Shown here one piece after another: positions 11,908-22,714 of a stretch of DNA of 56,748 nucleotides. The stretch's first letter is position 1, and each line of letters opens with the position of its first letter. Under the pieces are notes generated by a model that was not told where the DNA came from, made no database searches, and saw only the letters and a list, made by a program, of their open reading frames with translations. Source of the DNA: Azolla caroliniana (lineage: Eukaryota > Plantae > Polypodiophyta); the NCBI GenBank assembly GCA_043228905.1, contig JBHGNT010000188.1:1-56748 (forward strand), written 5' to 3'. The position numbers and the translations under genes are program-made.

Positions 11908-14900
11908 TAATATCTTGTAATAACTAGAAATATAATTATTATAATCACACAACATATATGTTATTACAATGGTTAAGGGTTCAACGCATAGACCAAGAAG
12001 TCGTGGGTTCGATTCTTGATAAGCAGAAATGTTGTCTTCATGACATTATCCCCCCTTTCGGTGACGAGTTCCACGAGTCGGAAGACAAGAGTTCGGACTT
12101 GGTTTATGGGGATATTTGTCGTGAAATGCAACAACCATGTCGGAGGCATTAGCAAGATGCTCGGCAGGCTCCCATGTTCGATCATTAGGTGTATAACCTA
12201 ACTAATCAACCAAATAATATAGTTTGTTGCGGATGATCTTGGAGTCGAGAATAGCAACAACCTCATATTCAGAGCCATTGGAAACTTCGATTGGAGGTGG
12301 GGGAGGTGTAAGACGACCCGGAATAGAGCTTGTTGTGTAGGGCTCCAAAAGTGAAACATGGAAGACTGGGTGAAGACGCATATGAGGAGGGAGATCAAGA
12401 TGAAATATCACATCATTGATCTTACCAGAGATCACATGTGGGCCGAAACGTTGATAATCCAATTTGTACCAAGGTCGGGTGGTTTTAATGCTACCTTGTA
12501 AGAGCCATACACGATCTACAACTTGAAACGTAGTCGATGAATCACGCCGATGACGATCATCAATCTTCTTTTGAGTGTTTAGGGCATCACATAAATGATG
12601 CAAAAGTATATCCTGAATTTCTTGGAGTCGAGTGAGCCGATCTTCAGCAATCGGGTTTTTCGGGAGTTCGGGATGTTCAAGCATCGTCCAATGATGGTAC
12701 CCAATGTTAGCAAAAAATGGGGAATATCCAATAGAAGAATGTTCAGAGTTTTTGTAAGCAAATTCCGCCAAATGTAATAAATCCACCCAATGATCTTGTT
12801 GATAGTTGACAAAACAACATAGATATTGTTCGACTGTTTGGTTGGTGCGCTCACTCTGCCCATTAGTCTTTGGATGGTAGCCGGAAGAGAGTTTACAAGA
12901 AGTATGTAAGAGTTTGAACATGTGCCGCCAAAATTTTGAGATGAATTGGGAACCCCGATCACTGATAATATCATCCAGAAGACCATGATGGCGAAACACC
13001 TCCCGCATGAGTAAATCGGCTATCTCTTGACTAGTAATGGTCTTCGTGCATGGAAGGAAATGCGCCATCTTTGTAAAACAATCGACTACCGTGAGAATAG
13101 AATCAAATCCCTTGGAAGGTGGAAGATCCATAATAAAGTCCAAGGAAATAGATTTCCATGGGCTCTCTGGAATAGGCATTGGCTGTAATAGGCCATATGG
13201 ATGATGTCGAGGCTTTTTTGATCGGCAACATGTATCACAACTGCGAACATAATCCATAACAAAATGGTGAAGCCGTGGCCACCAATATCGGCGAGAAATC
13301 AACTCAAAAGTCTTGTGGATGCCGAAATGCCCAGCCATTGGCGTGTCATGACATTGTTGCACGACTTTGAGTCAAGAATGACTGTCAGGCACATACAAGA
13401 GAGTTTGTCGAAAAAGCAAACCATCATGCCAATTGAACTGGGTGTAGTCTAGACGAGGATTTTGAGATTGGGAGCTAGAAGCATGATATGGGATAATATG
13501 ACTCAAAACCTCTTGGGCGAATGCATCTATCGCAATCTGCTCCCGAATGGAATCAAGAAGCCTCGAATCTCCCGGTGTGTTGATAGTATGTATTGCCATT
13601 ACTCGTAGACGATCAGGACCTAAGAGGATTTGCTTTTGACTTTCAAATGCGGCCTCTCTTGATTGAAGTTCCATATACAAATGTTGAGATAAAGCATCTG
13701 CTTTTCCTTGTTGCATCCCAGGGCGATATAGAATTACAAAATCAAAACGAGTTAAGAACTGCGCCCAACGAGCTTGTCGACAATTCAAGACTCGAGCACT
13801 TTGGAACTATGTTAGATTTTTTTGATCATTGAAGACAATAATATGTTGAGAAGAACCCTCCAAAAAATGATGCCATTGTTGAAAAGAATCCACAATGGCA
13901 AGAAGCTCTTTGTTGTGAATATCATAGTTGATTTCTGTGGCTTCAAATTTCCGTGAGGGAAAAGCCATAGGGTGCAGTTCGCCATCTTCGCCAATCTGGG
14001 ATATAGTATGCATCAGCTTCAAGTATAAAGCGCCTCATTGGATCGACATGCATTAAAATTGGTGTAGATGTAAACGCTTGCTTTAAACCCTCAAATGCAG
14101 AGTTCGCTTCTATACCCCATACAAATGGTTGATTCTTGCGCGTTAGTTGAGTGAGGGGCAATACAATCTTTCAATAATCTTTGATGAACTTAGGATAAAA
14201 GTTTGTGAACCCCAAAAAACATTGTACATCTCGCACAGACTATGGTGTTTGCCAATCCAAAATTGTTTGAACCTTTGATGGATCCATAGAGATGCCATTT
14301 GAAGAGACTATGTACCCCAAAAATTCCACTTGACACTGGTCGAAACTACACTCTCCAATTTTGCATAGAGACCATACTCTCGTAACCATTGCAAAACTTG
14401 GCGAACATGTATCTCATGCTCCTCTTGAGTTTTTGAGTAGATCAAGATATCATCCAAGTAAACTATAATGAAGATATCAAGGAAGTCTCGAAAAATGTCA
14501 TTCGTCATATGTTGGAGTTTCAAGAGACTCAGTCTGTACTGTGACCTCTTCAATAGTTCTTTTTCTCCAATCAATAGTTGGGTTATGTAACTCAAACCAA
14601 GGAAGACCAAGAACTAGAGAGTGCTCTGGACTACTAATGATGTTGAATGAGATGATACTAGCCAAATTACTTGGGACTACACGAATTGGTTTAGACTCTT
14701 CGACTATATCACTTGATGCTATAGGGCGACCACCGATGACTCATACAGCTATTGGGTTTGGGAGCTTGTTCAAGATGATGTTTTGGGTCAATGCAAACTT
14801 GCTATCCATGAAACAAGAATTGGCTCCAGAATCTAGGAGGGCAGAGGCTAGGACTCGATGACCTGTGGATGTGCTAAGCTCGACTTGTGCAGAAAAAACT

Positions 14901-15534
14901 CTACTAACTTGATTTGATGAAATGGAACCACAACTAGGTACAAACTCTACATATCTAGGATGGTCCAACCAAATGGCCCCTATTTTGGCCGGACTTATTC
15001 GTTTAACACATCCTCTAATTGGCTCAACACATCAAATTTATTCTCATGGCATGGGTTATTAGGCTTAGTAGTTAAGTTATTAGAAGTGATAGTAGAACTC
15101 ACGGTAGGGTTGTCATGTGCAGTTACTTGGTAAACTTGACGTCTGGGTTTATGTGGACAATTCATAGCAATATGTCCTGGAACACCACAATAGAGGCATA
15201 GGTGATGCGCCTAACGTTGTTATTTCTCAACATCTGATAAAGGCCCTCGACGTTGTGTTTACTCTATTTCCATCGAAGTGGGACCATCCCTCGTAACGGG
15301 TCTGGGAACTTGTGGCGGTGTTGCGACTATTGAAGCATACGTCTGTTCTGGTTGGCGGCGTAGCATTTGTTGACATTCAGAACATCGCTCAAATAGGTGA
15401 TTATCACATCACACAGCTCAACTAATGGCCTCTGTAAGAGACTTTGGATTTTCATGGAAAGTAAGAAGAAGATCTTTGACATCATTACGCAAACCCTGAC
15501 AGAATTGATCCATTAAGGTTGCCTCATCCATTCT

Positions 15535-15588
15535 GATTATCGGAAGACAATCCGTTTCGATCACTACTTCTGCTCCTATCAAGTAATC
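15535..15588 (-). mobile_element. Remnant K part 1: Phygy-like RNase H fragment
   Basis: Encodes DYLIGAEVVIETDCLPI, identical to the element C peptide. Confidence 0.8.
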
Positions 15589-18137
15589 GGTTGGGAAAAC
15601 AGGTCCCTCTAGATGCGAAGAAGAAAATGAACCAAATTGAAGACACATGGGTAATTCGACCGAGGCCGAAACCAAAATCGATGTTATAACCGATTCGGGA
15701 GACTATATCTGTAAATAGTCAGAATGTGCCCCATGAGGGCTATATCTGTAAATAACTAGAAAGTTGTATAAGTATAAATACAACTAGGGCAAACTTTATG
15801 TAGATTTGATCATTGTTATATAGTTAGAGAAGGTTGTTGCCTCTGTAGACTATAACTAATAGCAGAGAGAGAAAGAGAGAACGTGTAAGTGTGAGTAACT
15901 CTACAACCGTCAACCTGACGAAGGAGAACACATAGGTCGTTGCCATGAGATTCTCACTGTTGTATTTCCTCTCGATTATAATGATTTTGTTTCTCGGGGT
16001 TTGTGGACCCCCGTGGTTTTTCCCTTTCGGGTTTTCCACATAAAAAATTTTGTGTCTCTGTACTTGTTTTTCTGCCTCCTCATTTTTCTGTCTATGTACT
16101 ATCTTTCTAGATCTTTGCAACCGAACATTCGAAGTGGAACCGGTTGTGGTCGGTCACGATCCTAACATAGTGGTATTAGAGCGATGGGCGAACACTATGG
16201 TGGAATGTTCAAGTTAACCAGCTCCAACTACTCAGTGTGGAAGTTGAAGATGTGAGATATGCTCGTATGCAAAGACCTATGGCTGCCGGTGCAATACGTT
16301 ACGACAAAGCCAGACAAGATCGATGCATCAACTTGGGAAGTCATGCATCTGAAGTCTATAAGGTGTTTTATAGACATGAGTCTATAAAATAACTTTGATG
16401 AAGAGACGAGTGTCGACGTCCTCTGGAAGAAGATTGACATAATGTTCGAGAACAAGAACGTCGTGAACAGAGGCTAAGTTTTAAGAAAAATCGCGAGACT
16501 CCAATATCAAGATGATACCAGCATGGTAGAGCATATTAATGCCTTCCAAGGATTGATGAACCAAACCACCTCCCTAGAAGTACCTCTTGTCGATGAGGTA
16601 TTAACACTATTGTTGTTGGGATCCCTTCTGGACAGCTGGTAAATGTTGATTGTCACATTGGGCAACATGGGACCGGAGGGAAACACATATCCCTAGAGCT
16701 TGTGTTGCGCAGGACCCAAAGGCCTTAGTCACAAAAAGTGACACGAATCGAGGAAGAGGACGAAATTGAAGTCCCCGGAAACGAGATAAGTCGGGGACAA
16801 GGTTGAAGTTGAGGGGAAGGCCCATGTACTTCTATTGTGGGAAGTCGGGGCACTTCCAAAAGAATTGCCAACACTTTCGAAAGGAGAAAGGGGGAGCTGA
16901 TGGTGTAGGGCCGAAGAAAATCATAGATAGAAAGAACACCTTAGCAATCACCGCGAGTGAAGAGGAGCTAATGTTCATTAGTGAACAAAATGAGGTCAAT
17001 CTCGTCGGCGAAGAATCGACATGGGTGGTCGATTTAGGTGTGTCGTTTCACCTAACCCTCGACTGCAAGTGCTTCTCATCATACAAGGCTGGAGACCATG
17101 GTCTTGTAAAAATAGGACATGAAGGAGCATGTTGAATTGTCAGCATTGGAGATGTGTGTTTGGAAACGTCGAATGGATGTCGACTGGTGCTAAAAGATGT
17201 TCGACACGTTTTGGAAGTCAGATTGAATCTGTTATCAGTCAGTCAGCTGGATGACGAAGGCTACATGGGTAGCATCCGAAATGGTGTCATGAAGTTCTGC
17301 AAGGGGAGCCTAATTGTGGATCGAGCCCGAAAAACCAACACTATATATAATGAATGCTCGATTATGCCAAGCAGAATTGAATGTGGCAGCTGACACAACG
17401 GGTGAGTTGTGGCACAAGAGATTATGCCACATTAGCCAAAAGGGAATGCAGATGCTAGCCGAAAAGGAACTCCTACCGGAGATGAAGAAAGTGCATCTAG
17501 ATAAGTGTGTCAATTGCTAGGCTGACAAGCAAAACAGAACCTCCTTCTAATTGAGGCCCACGATGATGAAGAAAATACCGTTGGAACTCTTGCCTACTGA
17601 CGTATGATATGTGGACACAAAGTCTCATGGTGGTTCATAGTATTTTGTGACCTTCATAGACAACTGTAGCTAGAAGTTGTGGGTTTTTGTGTTGAAGACG
17701 AAGGACCAGGTGTTAGCCGTCTTCAAAGAGTTCCAAGCGAGGGCCAAAAGAGAAACCGGTTGAAAGCTGAAAGTTGTTCAAGCCGACAATGGTGGTGAAT
17801 ACCGAGGGCACATCGAGGAATATTGCCGAACGCAATGAATCTGGCTCGAGTATACCATGCCGAAGACGCCAGAGCTTAATGGGATGGCCAAGAGAATGAA
17901 CCGGACTGTAATGGAGAGGGTCCGAAGTATGCTTGCACATGCAAAGTTGCCGAAGACGTTCTATTTCTCAAGGTTTGTGGACCCCCATAGTTTTTCCCTT
18001 TCGAGTTTTCCACGTAAAAGATCGTGTGTCTATGTACTTGTTTTTCTGCCTCCTCATTTTTCTATCCGTGTCTTGTCTTTCTAGATCTTTGCAGCCGAAC
18101 ATTCAAAGTGGAATTGGTTGTGGCCAGTCACAATCCC
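15589..18137 (+). mobile_element. Element J: decayed Tnt1/Tork-like Ty1/Copia related to D, internally deleted
   Basis: 5' LTR about 15589-16167 (start resembles the D LTR). PBS TGGTATTAGAGC 16171-16182. Gag/PR/INT homologous to D. At about 17963 it jumps to a U5 copy of its own LTR. Confidence 0.85.
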
Positions 18138-18200
18138 ATTTAATCGTCGTTACTACTCCCCATAGCTCTCGTTTGAGTTGTGCATATCCGCATTGCCTTT
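18138..18200 (-). mobile_element. Remnant K part 2: Phygy-like RNase H fragment
   Basis: Minus strand encodes RQCGYAQLKRELWGVVTTIK, which directly precedes the part 1 peptide in elements B/C. Confidence 0.8.
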
Positions 18201-20675
18201 CGTTGAGAACTGTTGAGCAGCAAGCTCAACCGGATCCGGATCGGCTGAATAAGCCAGAGCCGGATCAACATCCGGAAGGATGAGCCGGATCGGTGAGCCA
18301 GTGAGCAATTGAGCTGGTGAGCTGGGGAGCCAGTTAGTTGGATCAAACAATAACCAGAAGCCAAGTAGCAGCTAGACTACTAGGTAGTTAAGGTCTTGTA
18401 GTCAATGTCAGATGCTCGTGTGAGCATTGAAGTACACCGTACTTCTGTCAGTCCGTATGGACTTGTATAAAAGTGTTCACTGAACACATACGATGTACAG
18501 AGTATTACACAGATTGAGTATTATTTTGAATTGGTTTTCTGTGTGTTCTCTCTCTTTCTCCCGCATACTGTGTATATTCAAGCTCTCCATTAAACCTGGG
18601 TATTTCCTGTGTTCCATTTTCTATTGCTTCTGCACATAATCTTTTACATGGTATCAGAGCGCGAGGGTTGAGAACCTCTGTAGCCGACCTTAGCTCAAGA
18701 AGAAAACCTGACCTTTGTAAAGAAGAGGAAAAACAAAATGGATAGAGGCATGGCTAGCTCACTTCCAACAGAGAAGCTCGACGGGGAACAACTACACGTC
18801 TTGGTCCTACAAGATGCACCAGTACCTGCTCGGGCATGGTTACTGGAGCTATGTCGACAGAGCAAATGACACAGCACCCGAATCGACACACAGAGATGTC
18901 CTGGCATGGGAGCAGTAGGCGAGCAGAGTACTATACTGCTTCGCGTCTTATGTGGGCGAACATCTCCTGAGCTATATTCGGGATGCGAAAACGCCAAAGG
19001 ATGCTTGGGGAAATCTGAAGAAGATCTTCGCTGCAAGCACCACAACCAGGAAACTTCAACTCCGACAGGAGCTGAGCAATTTACGACAATGCGACTTGTC
19101 GGTGGCTGATTACACCTCGAAGATCAAAGAGATATGCAACTCCTTAGCCTCTATCGATGTAAATGTAGAGGAAGGTGAGATGGTGCAGATCTGTCTCGAG
19201 GGATTGGCGTCAAAGTTCGGAGCATTCCGAACTGTTGTGTGTACACGGGGGAATACGTTGTCATTTTTCGACTTACAGTCGATGCTCCTTGTAGAGGAGA
19301 ACCACGCCGGTGTGTCAAAAGGTGCACCCACCGATACCCGGATGTTGTACACGGAGGTGTCAAGATTCGAACTCTTGACATGACCAAGTTATAATCGAGT
19401 GTTATGTGTTAACCACACATCTAACATATAATCATGTATATACTTCCTCATTGTAGGTTTTAGCTAGCATCATGTGCATAATTTCTCCCTTGTACTTGGC
19501 ACATGCATGCGTACCTACTGCCTACGTGCTCTATTGTATCACATGTGTGCAACAGGTATGCATGCCACTTAGTATAAATAGTTGAGTTCACCTTGAAGGA
19601 ATTCAAGGTGAACAACACCAGTCATGGACATATCAATCTAGTATTCTCACTTCACCAATCTTCTCTCCTTAATCTTCACCTCTATCTTTACACTCTTGTG
19701 TCATTCCGTCATCACTCCGTCGTAGCCTCATCATCCGTGCTTTGTCTTAGTCCGCGCTTGGTGTGTCCGTTGTCGTAGTGTAATTCGCACACTACGTGAA
19801 AAATTACATTTTTTGTCTCTCCGGATAGGGCATAGAGTACCCAGTGAGAACCGGAAGAAGGAACCGGTAAGGACCGAAACCAATAAGGAGACCCGGCAAG
19901 AGCCGGATGAAGAAGGCCGGTGAGAGTTGGTGAGAAACGGACGAAGAAATCGGTAAGGAGGTCCCGGCAAGAACCGGAAAAAGAAAACTAGCAAGCACCG
20001 GATGAAGCAGAACCAGAAAGAGCCGAATGAAGAGACATATTTGTAAATAAAAGAAAGTATAAAATATATATATATTACATGCATATAGGGCAAGATTTGA
20101 ACCTTGCACCTCCATGTTAATAATGTTAAGCCTTATCATTATACTAGCGTATTATGAATTTTAAAGTTATACTAAACTTTATCCCATGTAAAATTTCTAG
20201 ACATGCATGGTACAAAAAGTTATTCATGCATAGACACTCGAAAAAAAAAAAAAGATGAGATAGAAAGCTAATCATGCACATGCAGTGTGCATGAAAACTA
20301 AAAATAGGAAAAGCATGATGCTTGCATGTAATAAACTTAGACTCTTCCAACACTATATAAGGAAGAGAGAAAGATGTATAGAGGTTGTTGATTATTTTAC
20401 AAGGGTTGATTAATATAATATAATCGTGGGATCCACGAGTTTTCTAACTATTTTTCTCTCTTAATTTGAGTATTCACTAATACACTATATTCGTGGGATT
20501 CACATGTTTTTCATATCTTTCTTTCTTACAATATATTTCATATTCTTAATCGCCTTAGAATTTTCTTTCCTCCTAGTCCAAAACCCCAGCGGTTCCCACC
20601 CGACTCACGCAACGATCCGAACCCGAAAGGCACGACACAAGTGGTGAACCCAACGTGAACACGGGTGGCAAGGAG

Positions 20676-22714
20676 ATGGAAAATCAACCGAAGGCTAACA
20701 ACATGATGATGATGTTCGAGCGGATGCTTCAAGAACAACGTGCGATGTCGGAGATAGCGGCGGCAGTAGAGTGGCTCGTGCAACGGATCGGGCAATTCAA
20801 CGGAAAGGACGTATCACGCTATCTTCGAGACTACAAGGCGGAAATGCTACGGTGCGGGATTTCGGAAGGACTGCAAGTGGCATCCTTCAACCGGGTGGCT
20901 ACCGACGGGCTTCAAGCAAGTATCCACGGGCTACGACAACAAAATCCGACGTGGGAAGCATTTGAAGACGCACTAAAGACCACGTTCGCTATCAAGGACT
21001 CCTCCAAGGCAACGTGGAGAGGATTCGAGGATTGGGTAGAAACACCGGACAAGGGGATGAAGGTCCTCGATGTGTTTTCGGCATTCGAAAGTCGGTTCGG
21101 GAGGTTGTCTGCGAGAGATCAAGCTATCCTCGCACCGGACAAAGTTATCATGTTCTTACGAGCCGTAGACGTCCGGGACCGGAAGGATCTTGGAGTGCTT
21201 CTAGAGGACACGACTACCGAGAGCGGCCTCACCGAAACATTGGAAAGCGTGCGGGATATCGTCGCGCGATACACAAAGAGGGGGCAATGGCTTGCCAACG
21301 AAGAAAGGAGGGTTTCTGAACCGATTCCGAAATCGAGATCCGGATCGGAAGACCATCAACCGCAGGTTCGGGAAGCTACAACTGAGAAAGGAATCGACGC
21401 AACTACGGTGGAGCAGTTGCTGAAGGAGATGGAGAATCTAAAAATCGCGATGGTGAAGAAGTCGGATGACCGTCCCACAAGTTCCAAGTATATGGACCGT
21501 CGATGCATATGGTGCGATAGCACCGAACATGATCGAAGGGATTGCGACGAGCACAAGGAAGCGCTACGACAGGATCTTATCTACTATGAGGGAAATCGGA
21601 TTCATTCGATGGACTCTCGAAAGCCGCTCCGACCGAACTTCCAAAAAGGCGGCATGAAGAAGGTCCTAGAGGAGGAAATAGCGGCGAAGAACAATTACGC
21701 GACAACCGCGGGAATACGTGTCGGGGAGTCATCGGGAGCAAAGGTGTCTTTTTGGCCGGAAGTGCTAGAAAACACCGAGAAAACCGACTCTAACGGGATC
21801 CGAAGCACCGCAAAAGGCATCCGGGAAGCTACGGGATGGGAGTGCCCCGTCGATAAGAATAGCGTGTTTGCTTTATGCCAATTGCATGAAGTGTATGTAG
21901 ATGAGAAGCGACAGCACACGAATGAGGTGGCCGGTCCATCAAAGACACCGGAAAGTTGGAACTCCAGAGGTAAGGGAAAAGAAAAGATGATTCCGGCATT
22001 CAAGCTCGCCTCGGACATCGAACAACAAACGGACTTGAAAAAGGTGTTCGAGGAGAGAATCCTCGATAGACGGGTAGATTTTTCGCTTCGAGAATTACTC
22101 GGAATAGCGAAGGAGTTCCACGATCTTCTTGTGGATCTCGTGAAGAGAAAAAGGCAAAGTACGGAGGAGAGCGCTCCAAGGGTGAATGCAAATACCGTTC
22201 TAATGAATGACACCGAATTGGAGGACGAAATACCGAATTCTCACTACACAAAGCCACACTGGGCATGCGCAACTACGGAGACTCCGGTCCGAATCGGTAA
22301 CATCAAAGAACCCGTGCTAGCATTGATTGATCACGGATCGGAGATCAACTTGATGTCCAAGGATTCTACCGGAAGGGTAAGTAGCCTATTAACACGAATC
22401 ATGGGTGGAAGATCCGGGCGACCACTAAAGCAACAGAAGATCTATTTGCGGCTTGTCCGGATGTGACGGTGAAGATCGGGGATGTCGAGATCGACCAAAA
22501 TTTCTTCGTACAAGACGAGGTCTCACACTCCGTGATCGTCAGGAAACCTTTTATCACGGCATCACGGATGGAGACGAAGGTGCTCGATAGCGGTGCGGCT
22601 TTTGCGCGAATTCGGAGCCAAAACGGAAGGAAATTTGTCCAATTCCTAACGGTACCGACAAATCATGAAAGGAACAAGAGAGAGCTCTTGTCCCAAACAA
22701 GAATGGATTTTTAG
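20676..22714 (+). pseudogene. Element B gag-protease ORF1 (one frameshift near 22365)
   Basis: CIWCDSTEHDRRDC zinc knuckle and LIDHGSEINLM protease motif; collinear with the intact ORF1 of C. Confidence 0.9.

Larger units (their letters stand above)
11481..12045 (-). repeat. 3' LTR of element H
   Basis: Begins TGTCATGA right after PPT GGGGGGATAA; TATAAATA at 11792-11785. The left boundary is approximate because the terminal 2 nt are not canonical. Confidence 0.75.
11481..15534 (-). mobile_element. Element H: 5'-truncated Tcn1/Tf1-like chromovirus Gypsy with chromodomain and 3' LTR
   Basis: Gag zinc knuckle near 15160-15205, protease (ALLDSGANSCF), RT (YLDDILIYS), RNase H ([13 protein letters not shown]), integrase, chromodomain start (EYEVVAILDSKIIRNKLYYLVD). 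PPT at 12046-12058. Confidence 0.85.
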
